DNA from: Carcharhinus amblyrhynchos | Taxonomy: Eukaryota | Direction of reading: 5' to 3' | DNA: 64,000 nucleotides | Assembly (NCBI GenBank): GCA_965287045.1 | Contig: OZ336876.1 | Span: forward strand, 51,088,001-51,152,000 | Shown: piece after piece, positions 1 to 12,265 of the stretch | Layout of the letters: every line of letters starts with the position of its first letter | How positions within the stretch are numbered: the stretch's first letter is position 1 | The notes under the pieces: generated by a model | The model's database searches: none | What the model was told of the DNA's origin: nothing | The model's input: the letters and a program-made list of their open reading frames with translations, nothing else | Translations under genes and position numbers: made by a program

Positions 1-414
1 TCACTGGAGTGGCATATACTGCAACAAAGAAGACGGCTGAGGAGGCTTACACTGTTTTACAAAGCAAATCACCATGAAGTTGCTATTGATATCTCACAAT
101 ATGTTTAACAAGTGTCCGCTGCAGAAGGAAAAACATCAGTTGGTTTATGCCTCCCCAATGATGCACACAAGCATTACTGAACAGCTTCATACTAAATACC
201 AGACAAGACTAACCTCCCATTAGAGACAAGTAACCAAACCATCTCACGAGAATTTTACATTTACATTTAAAACGGGAAATAAGAACAGAATGCAAAGTGT
301 AATAGGAATAGCATTCTGTCATGACAAATTCATAGTTCACACTTGTCCTCTCGCACCCTGTGATTCACTCTCCTGGCTGCCATTCCAGGAACATTCACCA
401 ACCCATTCTAACCT

Positions 415-1143
415 CTTGGCCAGGATTTGTTGGATATTGGGGTTTCCCTTCCTGCCATCTGAGGAATCAATGGGGAACACATCCCCACCAACACTGTCTG
501 CCCCACGGCAATTTCACATTTCAATGAGCGTTCATTGGCTGGAGGTGGAATTTCAGCCCCTCACTCAGGAGGAAATCCCACCAATCAGTGTGGCCAGTAG
601 TTCTCCAGTCCCGGCAGTTCCAGAAGCTGCAGTGGACAAGACTGTGCTTGCAATCAGCCCCCAGTGCCTCAGGGCTGGATTCCTGTGGGAGGGAGTCTTG
701 GGCAGGGAGGATAGGGGAGGCCTGAAAGGTGGGTGGACAGTGGGGGAATGGTGTGCCAGCAGGGTTGGCGGTCCTGCAGCTACCAGATCTGAAGTTTGGA
801 AGTTGTTGTGGGACTCAAGGATTGCTGATGGAGGCACCCCTGACCCCTTCCCACCTCAGATCTGAACCCAATTATTTTCAGGCTCCCCCCACACCCTGGA
901 ATTTCTCCTGCCAATCTAAAAATTGAGGCTGCATGGGAAATAGCCTTTTAAATGGTAAACAATTGGCTACTCAAGGACCTCAACTGAGGCAAGGGCAGGC
1001 GGGCCATCCAAACCCCTGCATGTCCCAGTGTACAATTTGCAGTGGTCCGGAGTGTGTGAGAACGCAATGGGAAGCCCATCTGAGGAATTTATACTCAGCC
1101 CTGCCTACAAAACCACCAGTGAGGGGAGTATAAAATTCAGGTC
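415..1143. mobile_element. GC-rich non-autonomous DNA transposon remnant (Harbinger-type MITE-like)
   Basis: GC-rich block ending in taaaattcaggtc, resembling the gggcNgaattttac-type termini of other elements in this window. The overlapping ORFs (290..865, 565..837) resemble no protein I recognise. Confidence 0.4.
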
Positions 1144-1299
1144 TTCCTTTAGATAAGCTTCACTGGAGGGAAGAAGACCTAATCAATCCCTTTGCTTCCT
1201 GTCCTTGGGGCTAAAATGCACAACACAACAACCACTCAATACTAATTTTATCCAACAGCACCATTGGTATCCCATATAAAACTTTCTTTAGAGACTGAC

Positions 1300-3500
1300 C
1301 TGGGACTGTTGTGTGCATCCTCTCACAGTGCTACTCCAGTGACTGGTGGAAGAATGGGGGTGGCTAGAGATGGTCTCATAGGATGCCCCTGACCTGGAGA
1401 GCCCCAGCTGTGGACTGCACCAGCTTGGCATAGATGACAGGAGTGTTGGGCTGGCTGGCTGAGAAACAACACTAAGCTAACTGGTAAAATGGCAGAGGAC
1501 AGCAAGTTCATGCATCACAAAGTCATTGTCAGCCCCTGGGATTGGTCCCCAGTAATCCCAATAATCTGTTGGACTTCAGTGAGACACCGCAAACTTCCTT
1601 GAGCATTGGTACCCATATCAGCAGCATGTCACCAAATGAGGCTTGCAAGGCAACAAGCAGAGATTTCATGATCTCAGACAAGGTTTTCACTGCAGCACTC
1701 AGACATCGTGTGGTTCCTGCCTCTGCTGCAATGGAAGCTGAGACATCAGTCACCAGATACAATATTACTGTTGCATCTACAAGCATTCTCAAGGAGTTTG
1801 CCACCACTTCCATACTGAAAATGATATGGGCTCCAAGTCCTGTACAAAGCTCTGTATCAAGGTGGAGCTGGGTTCCTCCATGCTGCTTAACAGTGACATG
1901 AGGACCTCTGGCAGACCGGCCACTGTACCAAGCATTTCTATGTGCACCCCCATCAGCATTGCCCTATATACCATCGCAACAACATTCTCATTGCAATGCT
2001 CTGAGGCAGAACAAAGCTGAGCTCATCTTTCAGTGAGCTGGCAAATACGCTTTCTCCCTGGTTGCAGCCCATTTGTGCTCAGTGACTCATAACATGCAGA
2101 ACCTGTCTCCATACTATTTTTAAAAATATGCACAGTGCCAGAGATGCACAGTGCTAGAATCTGAGCTGGTAGCTACAAGTGTCAGATCTAGTAATGGTGT
2201 TTCTTCCTCTGGGCTTTTAGCTTCAAGCACCATGGTCTGTTGGACTTTCGGAAGTGAGAGTTGGGAGAAAGCTGGGAGGTTCATTGTTACACCATCTGCA
2301 GTTATACCTCATAACAGATAGCAGGATGAGGGTGAAGTAGGATTTGAGAAGGTACATGAAATAGGAATGCACATTCTTCCTAAATGGCTTCAGTGATGGC
2401 TACTCCAATTATCTGTCTGCATGCTGTCTCCTCCATGGAGATCAGCACATGCAGTCATGCCTAGCTCGCACCACCAGTTTGCTGCTGCTGTCCTCAATTA
2501 CAGGTCACTTAGTCCTGAAAAAGAGAGAGAAGTTAGTTGTGTAGCACTATTTTTGGGTGATGTGCCTGTCATAACTGAATAGCCGGTATTATATGGAAGC
2601 TGTGTGAAGTGGGCGTGAGGTGCGCAATTGTGGTAAGTGTGGGGGTGAGTTGGAGCTTATAACTGGTTGTCATGAGTCCTGATTTTTAGAGACTGTTGAA
2701 AGGAATGGGGCTTTCAGTAAATTCTTTTACAGGATATGGTTGGCACTGGTTAAGCAGGCATTTGTTGCCCATCTCTAATTGTCTTTGAGAAGATAGTGGA
2801 GAGCCCTTCCTTTAACTGCTGCAATCCATATGTGGTGTACTGCACTGAGCAGTACTTGGGGATGATGCAGCAGTTACTGGGATATGGCATTTGAAGATGC
2901 ATTCACTGACCTTGGCAACTCATATGAGGTCATTGAACATCTATTAACACTGTATTCAGGTCCTTAGAGCCTGACTGCTCACATCAGTCTCTGTGGGTTT
3001 TGTACTTTCATGTCTCTTCCTTATCTCATTGGAGAGCCTTCTGGCTCCCTATGGATAGGTTGCCTTTTCACAGGATATGATTGGCGCTGAGTGTGCTTCT
3101 CAGCCAATAGAATCAGCTGCCGGAGCTAGAATCCACACCCCCCCCGCCCCTTTAAGACATGCATGATGGCTTTAAGAAGATCATGGGAATAGGACTGATT
3201 GGATTGCTCTACAGAGAGCCTACATGGATGGGATGGGCTAAATGGCCTCCTTATGTGGCTGCGACTATATTAAAGCTGAAATTCCACAGGAAGTTAGCTT
3301 CCTGACACACTTCAATTTTTTACTAACGTGTCCTGAGCAGGTGGATCTCTCCTCGATGACCTGACTTAAATGAGTCCTGCTACAGACCTGCTTCAATGCA
3401 CAAGACAACCAAACTGGGAGGATTATTAGCCAGTGCAGTGATCGCTGCAGTTTAAAGCCATGAGGAGGAGCATTCCAAAACCAGGGTTTTAGCTCTAATT
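1300..3500 (-). mobile_element. Decayed Harbinger/PIF element, Myb/SANT-like accessory gene remnant
   Basis: The minus strand at ~2905-2990 reads as a broken RT-IQC...MFNDLI-VAK followed by a gtcagtg donor, like the RTWxQCRKKFNDL motif of Harbinger Myb/SANT proteins. Helical ORF fragments at 1529-1974 fit the C-terminal part. Stops and frameshifts are present. Confidence 0.5.
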
Positions 3501-3929
3501 ACAAATTTATTGAACCCTGCTCAAAATGTCTCAGCTGAGAACAGGATTTGGTGTATACGTCATATCTTATGGCTAAAATATCACAGCAAAGCATATAGCC
3601 AGGCAGTAAATGTTGGTGAGCATCTAAGGAATGAACATTTGGTCACCATTGGACCAATCCCAGTATAAATCTATATCTTCAGCAGAAAGGGTCTATTAAA
3701 AAAAATCAAAGCAAAGGAAAAGGCAGCCAGTTGTGAGGATAATTAGAGAGCTGCTGCAATTTACATTTCTCAGATCTTTGACAAGACTTTTCAACGTTAA
3801 AAGCTTGTGAATGAGGATACTTTCCATTAGCTGTTCAGATCAGAAGAAGGTTGCAGGAATGGTCTTTGTGTCATTGTCAGATGTAAGCAAGGTATCAGTG
3901 ATATTCCTCTATGTCGAAGTTCAAGTGAC

Positions 3930-4200
3930 ATATTCTCTTCCACCTTCTTCTGTTGGGAAAAAGGTACAAAAGTCTGAGGTCACATACCAGCTGACTCAAG
4001 AACAGCTTTTTCCCTGCTGCCAACAGACTTTTGAATGGGTCTACCATATATTAAGCTGATTTTCTCTATGCGCTAACTATGACATTACATTCTGCACCCT
4101 CTCCCCTATGTACTCTATAAACAGTATGTTTTGTCTGTATAGCAAGAAACAATACTTTCCATTGTATCCCAATACATGTGACAATAATAAATCAAATCAA
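3930..4200 (+). mobile_element. Rex1/Babar-type LINE 3' fragment
   Basis: Degenerate LLPSGKRYKSL...LKNSFFPAA-type coding remnant, ending aataataaatcaaatcaaa; clearly similar to the copy at 36670-37240. Confidence 0.65.
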
Positions 4201-4809
4201 AGTTCATATATGAGACATGATCATTTGAGTGACACACTGGAGAGGATACAGCCAACGGCTACCTTCTATGTACCAAGTATTTTCAAGAAAAATGGGCAGA
4301 AAATTGGTGGGGTAAAAGATAATTGTATGAAATGGCAGAATCATTGGAATTGGTGGTGGTTAAATGGTGTAAACCAGCACTCAGGCCCACAGTAATCACA
4401 GCTTCACTCCATGGGACCCTTGATTTGAAAGCACTGATGATTTTCCCTCGGGAGGCTTAGTCAGTGAAGCACGCTCTTCATGACTTGTCAATTTGCTTTA
4501 AATTTCGAGAGTGTCCCCAGCTTGCTCAACAGGAAGCAACTTTCAAAAGGACAAGCCAGTTATTAGATTCTGATGAATGTTCCCAAAATCAAGGGCAAGG
4601 CCCACTGGCATACCGATAACCTGAGAATTGATCAAATCACGGCCTTGCCTATAGCCTATAGTTGCTTGCAATGATGATGTCCACAATAAGTGTTACTGCT
4701 TGCGTGAGCGAGTGGAAGGATAAACAAACATTGGTGAGCCCAGGCAAACAGAAGTTTTGTTAATCAACTTGCCATCCAAAGGGATTAATTGATATTCTAG
4801 AGAACACAT

Positions 4810-5010
4810 GTTCAATCCCACTATGGCAGTTTGGTAATTTGAATTCAGTTTAAAGAAATAGAAGTAAAATGATGGTATCTGTAAAAATGATCATAAAATA
4901 GTAAGATTATTGAAGGATCCAACTGGCTGACTGATGTCCTTTATGGAAGGAAACCCACCATCTTTACTTGATCTCTCCGATACGTGGTTCCAGTTTCACA
5001 CCAATGTGTC
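4810..5010 (+). repeat. Dispersed SINE/LINE-tail-like repeat fragment (related copy ~5900-6130)
   Basis: aactggctgactgatgtcctttatggaaggaaa here resembles ctggttcacttaagtcctttagtaacggacac at ~5998. Confidence 0.4.
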
Positions 5011-8000
5011 CTTTTAAATGCCTAAACAAAATATTCAATTATAAGTAAATGCTGATTCTGCAGGTGACACCAACGTCCAGAGAATGCATGAACAGTCTTC
5101 CTATTAATTATAGCTGAAAAGATATTTCTATTTGGTAAATTTCAATTCTTAGCCTTTCAGTGGAGTTTGTGTCCTCCTGCTTATCAGGAATAGCAGGTTG
5201 TGTGAATTTGAGTCGGATATTTTTCAAAGTGCTGAGTCCTGCACTGCAGGGATATAGGAGGCAAACAGGGATTGCAGATAGCTTCGTATAACCCGACCTT
5301 AAAAATTGAATGTGACTTCACAAAGGCTTGAACAATTGGCCGATTACAAAGACCTCGTTCTATTTTCAAACCTGACCACAGAAAGATCCTTCGGAACAAA
5401 ATATATTCTCAAGTAAAAAAAAAAATTTTATTCAGTACCATTTTTTGGGGAAAAAAAATGTCTTTCTTAGCTGTATTTTTGGATAAACAGTATAATAATG
5501 TATGTCCCTTTATAAAATAGGTTAAGGGTTATCAATTCTAAAAATAGATTAATGATACCGAAGTATGTGGCCTAAACTTCATCCTGCACCAGGCCATGAC
5601 CAAAATCAACCAGTTTAAATTGTGCTATTTAATAGAAGCTAATGATTTGATATACTTAAATAAATGTAAAGCCCTTTATCAGTTTTGGAATTATACCATC
5701 CACTAAAATATTTCTAATTTGTTCTTGCACAGAGCATTTTTTGGCAGCCCTCCTGCAATTGGTATAAATACTGCAATTTTGTATTTTGTGTGGTGAGTTG
5801 AAAGTTGTAGTGTTTTCTAGAAAATCATCGATGGCCAAGTTTTCCTCCATTTGCTAACTGTGATAAAGTATATGCAAGCAAAATAGTAGTCATTTTTCTG
5901 AACTGGTAATCCAAAAGTCTGAACGAATAACGCAGAGGATGAGAGTTTAAATTCCACCTTGACAGAAAAAGTGTTCAGAAAGGTTGTTATAAAAACTCTG
6001 GTTCACTTAAGTCCTTTAGTAACGGACACTTCCCTTCCTTACCTTGCTTGGTTTATTTGTGTCTCAGCCCACAAACATAGTTGATTCTTAACTCTGAAAT
6101 GGCTTTAGCTAGTGAGCTACTCAGCTATGTTTTACACCATCAACTTTGCAACAGCAACCAGTGATGGGCAATGGATGATTGCTTTACCAGTTATGCTCTC
6201 TTTTTTTTTGAAAGGTAGAGGAACACCACGGTCATTAACTAATTACACCATGGAAAATATAGCCACAAATTATTAATTGAGATGTAGACTAAATTAAATG
6301 AAGAAAAATAGCTATTTCCATAACATTGATGCAGTAAACATATCTTACAAGTCATATCTAAAGTAATATTTAAAGAGACAAATACTCAGTCACAAATTTG
6401 CCAATGATATTCTGCTTACAAAAAACTGCTTTAACTTGTAGAATTATTGGGATGCAGTCATTCACTATGACTTACATAATGACCATTACCTTCCTGCAAT
6501 GATTACATGACATTTTTCAGCAAGCTTATCCAAAAGAAAGTTGCACTTTATTGTACCATTTATGGCAATGAATCTTGTAAAGGCCTATAGTAAAGACATG
6601 ATGACCATGAGCAATTGTAGCCTCCATTAATTATCAATTCTTGATCCAACTGTGGAACAATGCCTAAAAAAGATTCAGTTCAGGGGGACACTATTAGAGG
6701 TTTCATTGTTTGATAGTGTCATTAAATTAAGTGATTCATTAGTTTGGTTGTGACTGTAAAAGTCAACCCAATCACTAACTTTCCAACACAAGGTAATTGT
6801 AAAGACCTGCATGAGACACTGAGGCTGAATCCAAGAGTTCGCTTACCTGATTATCCAGAAGGTGGAAAGGTTCATCTAATTTCATAAATTGCAGAAAAAG
6901 TGAGAAACACAAACAGCTTTATGCCATTGTTGGTTTTCCCAGTGTTAGGTGTGGTTATGATCCAAGGTGTTTTGGGGCTTATTAGTAATCTAACAATCCA
7001 TAAATTCTTAAATTTTCTCAATATGTGGATGATGTGAGATACTCAAAAAGGATCCACCACACAAATTGTCCAATTCCAAGGGTCAAGACAGAGCTCAGCA
7101 AATTGTAGGTGCTGATGTTCTTTGAACATACTAACAATCTACATTGGCTCTGCCAGAGAACCACAAACACAATTTAAGACCATAGGTTAGACTTTGCCAA
7201 CAATGTGGAACTTTGCTGAACAGGGAGAGTGGGTCACAAACCTGGACTGATTGTAATCAGCCACTTACCTGCAACGCATGCCCCACTGGACTCTGCAATT
7301 TAGAATACAGCCTTGCAAATTGTATTGTCTTGCCATAGACAGTCCACAGAAAAGCAAACAAGACATGTAACACATTAAAGCAACACAATCTATCACTGAG
7401 TAAACATTTTAATATATCGGTTTTGATGCCTTGGTCACCAGGACGGTGCATACTCCTTTAATACTGCACTTGGGTGTCTGCCGGGATTTCTGTCCTCAAG
7501 TCCTGGAGAAGACAGGGACACAGGGACCATTAACAACTGAGCCCATGGCTGACATTCTAACCTCAAGAATAGATGACACAAACTTGGAGGTAAAGGAAAA
7601 CCTGTAAATTTAACTTTTAGATGCATGAATTAAATTAAATATGCATACATTAAGGATACAGATAAAAGGTCATATCATCCATCCTGAGGTTAGAATGATG
7701 CTCTCCAACAACAGCTTCTCCTATCTGTAAACCAGCTCCAAAGCTGCAGGGCTTGAAAATCAGCCTCACAGCATTATTGAAGTAATTAGGTCGATGCTTT
7801 GATAGATTTTAAGCTCAATCGTGATGAAGTAATTAATTGACAACCCAGGGAATAAGATACAGTTGAAATCTTGTCAGGAGCAATCTAAGTGTTCAGTCTT
7901 AGGTTTGCTGTGAGTTTAAAAACGTTTTGGATAATGTGGAAAGATAATTACACAGTGAACAATTTGCTGTTTCAGACTGTCTTAATGAAATTCTTAAATA

Positions 8001-8529
8001 ACGTTTCCTCTGTTATTTGACTAACGATTCGTTTTACAGTCACCCAAAAACTGCCATGCCAGTGCATTTCTTTTATATGCTCAAATGTTAAGTTTTATGG
8101 AGTCTACAAATTGTATGAAAGCTTGAACAGAGAAATTTAAGTGAGTGCTCTCAATGAAGCATTTCTTTAAAGCCAAAATAAATGTCTATTCAAGCATAAG
8201 TGAAGGAAGACTAATTAATATTCTGGGTGTGGATTCAAACAGAGATATCTGCAGATTGTTCAGTTTTGCACTGGGCTGTATGCTGAGAACCACAGTAATT
8301 GTGTTATCGCATTCCACATTTGAACATGCAGTATGTAATCAATGCAGATATTCAAAATCTATGAAATGATGACTACCCAGCTAATCTACTCTACCTTTGC
8401 AAAACTGTCCATGCTTTCAAATAAAAGTGGTGGCCATCTTGAATGCGGAAAAACAATCTATGTTTGATCAGTTCAAGAGTCACATTTTCTAACTCAGTTC
8501 ACTTATTTTCTTCTGATTTAGTTTTTCCA

Positions 8530-9185
8530 CTGTCTCCCTGTAGCTCTGCAACATCTTTCCCTTCCGGTGCTTTGAAATTCTTGTTTTAAAGCTGCAATCG
8601 AAACTGCCTCTACTAGTCTGTCAGGCAGTGCCAATTACTTTAAATTGGTGTCCACTGATTCTTGGCCTTTCACTCAGGGAAACTGTTTCTCTGTATCTAT
8701 TCTGTCCACATCCCTCCTGGTTTTAAACATTTCTATCAAATCTCTGCTCAGGCTTCTCTTCTCTAACCTATTCACGTCACTGAAGTTCCTCATCCTTGGA
8801 ATAATTTTCGTAGATCTTTTCTGCACTCTATCCTCACATCCTTTCTGAGGTGCGATGCCCAGAAAAGGACACTGTGCTCCAGTTGAGGCTGAACCATCAG
8901 CTTCCTTGCTTTTGTATTCCATGCTGCTATTTATAAAGCTAAGGATCCCATACACCATTTAATGATCTTCTCAACCTGCCCTGACATCTTCAACACATGT
9001 GCATATATATCCCCAGGTGTCTCTGTTCCTGAGCCCCTTTTAGAATTGTACCCTTTTTTTGTTATTGCTTTTCTTCATTCTGTCAACCAAATTGTATCAT
9101 TTCAACTTACCTGCATTAGGTTTCCTCTGCTGCAAGCCCACCAATTCCATCAGTCTAAGTCCTCTTGAAGTCTATGCCTATCCTC
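8530..9185 (-). mobile_element. CR1 LINE fragment (ORF2 C-terminal region)
   Basis: ORF 8674..8958 contains RVQKRSTKIIPRMRNFS and LEKRSLSRDLIEMFK, typical CR1 ORF2 C-terminal motifs. Confidence 0.75.
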
Positions 9186-9189
9186 CACA

Positions 9190-10730
9190 AACACAGAAAC
9201 ATAAGAAACAGGAGCAGGACTAGGCCTTTCAGCCTTCTGAGCCTGTTCCACCATTCAGTATAATATGGCTGATCATCTAACTCAATAGCCTGATCCTGCT
9301 TTTCCCCAATATCCCTTTCGTCCCAACAGCTATATCTAATTCTTTGAAAACCTATAATGTTTGAGCCTCAGCTGCTTTCTGTGGTAGCAAATTCCATAGG
9401 CTTATCACTAGGTGAATAAATTTCTCTTTATCTCAGTCCTAAAGAATTTACCTCGTATCCTTAGACTATGACCCCTCGTTCTGGACTGCCCCATCATCAG
9501 GGACATCCTTCCTGCATCTAATCTATCTAGTCCTGTTACAAATTTACAGGTTTCTAAGAGATTCTCCCTCATTCTTTTGAGCTCCTAACTGACTCAATTG
9601 CTCTTTGTACATCAGTCCAGGAATTAGTCGAGTAAACCTTTGCTGCACTCCCTCTGTAGAACATCCTTCCTCAGATAAGCACACCAAAACTGCACACAAT
9701 ATTCTAGGTCTGACTTCACTATAGTCTTGGATAAGTGCAGCAAGACATCCCTGCTCCTGTACTTGAATCCTGTCACTGTGAAGGCTAACATACCATTTGC
9801 CTTTTTTACTGCCTGCTGCAACCACATGCTTATCTTCAATGACTGGTGTACAAAGACACCTAGTTCTCATTTCACACTCCCCGCTCTCAAATTATAGCCA
9901 TTCAGGTAATAATCCTCCTTTTTGTTTTTGCTACCAAAGTGGATAACCTTACATTTATTCCCATTATAGGGCATTTGTCATGTATTTGCCCACTCACAGC
10001 TTGTCCAAACCACACTGAAGTACTTCTGCATCCTCCTCAAAGCTCCCATCAAGCTTTGTGTAATCTGCAAATTTAGTTCCCTCATCTAAACATTAATATC
10101 TATTGTGAATAGCTGGGGAGCTAGCACCGATCTCCACTAGTCACAACCTGCCATTCGGAAAGAGACCTATTTATTCCTATTCTTTGCTTCCTCTCTGCCA
10201 ACTGGTTTTCTATCAATCTCTATGCACTACCTCTAATCCCATGCGCTTTAATTTTACACACTAATCTTTTATCTGGGACTTTGTCGAAAGCCTGCTGGAA
10301 GTCCAAATCAACCACACTCATCACTCTACTTGTTACACCCTTGAAGAATTCCAGTATATTTGTCAAGCATTATTTCCCTTTTGTAAATCCATGCTGACTC
10401 AGTCTGATTCTGACACTGTTTTCCAAGCACTCTGGTATAAAATCTTTGACAGTGAACTAGAATTGTCCCCACTACCAATGTCAGGCCAAGTCGTCTATAA
10501 TTCCCAATTTTCTTTTACCTCCTTTTTTAAATAGCGGGGGTTACATTAGCTACCCTCAAATCTGTAGGAACTGTTGTAGAGTCTGTAGAATTTTGGAATT
10601 AATGCATCCACGACTTCCGGGACCACTTCCTTAAGAATTCTGGGATATAGATTATCAGGCCCTGGGGATTTATTGACCTTCAATCCCAACAATTTCCCAA
10701 TACTATTTTGTTACTAATATTGATTTCCTT
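9190..10730 (-). mobile_element. CR1 LINE, 5'-truncated and degenerate
   Basis: ORF fragments VQQAVKKANGMLAF...YRSRDVLL...LEYCVQFW and EGVQQRFTRLIPG; CR1-type 3' tail (cctgctcctgtttcttatgtttct on the minus strand) near 9195-9220. Confidence 0.85.
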
Positions 10731-12265
10731 TACTTCCTGACTCTCATTAAACAGTCACAAGGAGTGACCTTGGCAATCTTATTGTGCAGGGGAACCCTTT
10801 CCAGGGTGGTCTGCATTGCAATTGAAGTCACAACAAAAAAATTTTCCTTCTCACAATCTGCACATCCATGCATTTGAGCTTTAATCATGGTTACCTGTTT
10901 CTTGAGCAAAGTATTAAGGGATAACATTTTCAGATTCAAATACATCTCTGAAATCTCAGTTCATTTTTGAACAGTTATCACACCTAAAGATTGAACAAAA
11001 CAGAATTAAACGAAGAGATAAAATTAAAAATCAGGATAGTCTGTGCAATATTTGCATCTTTAAAGCAGTTGCAGGAATCTTAACCAATCAGAAGAAATAG
11101 CTTACAAATTGAAATATTATTTCAATTGGTCATTGCCCAAGGAGACAAGACTGGAATAGGGATCAGGCTGTTGTGTGTAAATTCTCAAGTTTGATGTCTT
11201 TGTCCAGATTGTCGTATTGACAGTGTTTAAGCACGTTATAAGAACATTTTCAATGCTTAAAAGCAATATTCCTACGTGTAATTTTTTGGAAGCGATAAAA
11301 GCATACCATTTGAAATCTGAAATAAAAATGAAAAAACATTTGAAGCATTTATCAAGCTTGTTAGTCAGCATTGAAAAGAAGAAAGACAAATCAATTATGC
11401 TTACTTAATAACCTTGGTCTAAGTGGTATTTGGCCTATAGTGAAAAAACTTGATAAGTTTGCCAACAGAGACAGTTACATTGAATTAACAGCCCATAAAA
11501 TGGCAATACCACTATATCCACCACACCAAACATTTTCATAAGTAGATCTGATCAAATTGGATGAAAATTTACAAGATCAGTTTATTAATCTCAATGAAAT
11601 ATTCTCGCTGCGCAGTGATTGGTTGAGGGGTGGGGATGGTACCTAGATTTGTAACAACCTTCATAGTACTGCTATCCCTCTATTTTAATCCAGTTTTAGC
11701 TGAAAATTCTGAAATACCGTGGAGGACAAAGAGAAATATGAGAATCCCCAAATGCCAGTTGACACTGAGACTTCAGGTATTTTTTCAGGGTAAGCTATAA
11801 CAAAGACAGCATAGGCACCGGTATGTTTCAGCTCTGCATAACATGCTGGTATATGTCCTCATTCATGTCAAAGCTGGCACTAAAAATATGCACGCAGTGC
11901 CTCAGTTAAATTTCTCTCCCATTCTAGACTATCACCAGAAACAAATTAATTTCTGTATTATCCTGCGCTTACACAAAGTGAAATGAAGGGTAGCCAGTGG
12001 GGGAGCATTCCATTTTTCCAATACTAACACTGCTACGTTTTGCATGTATTTGCAGGGAATGAGCATCATTACTGAGAGAACCAGGAAAGCAGGGGAATCA
12101 CACAGCCTTCAATAAGAATGAAGGAAATGTAGAGGGTCCATTGAGGGATTGATGTAAATATAATGTGAACACTTCCAGAACAGTCATCAATATCCCTGCA
12201 GTCAAAGAATGCAATCTGGGAGATTTTGAAATAATATTCTAAACAAATCAATCCTATAATCAATC

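Noticed and set aside
290-865. 191 aa ORF, and similar 48915..49454 and 25133..25648
   Set aside because: They lie in GC-rich repeat-like blocks where stops are rare, with no recognisable domain or exon structure.
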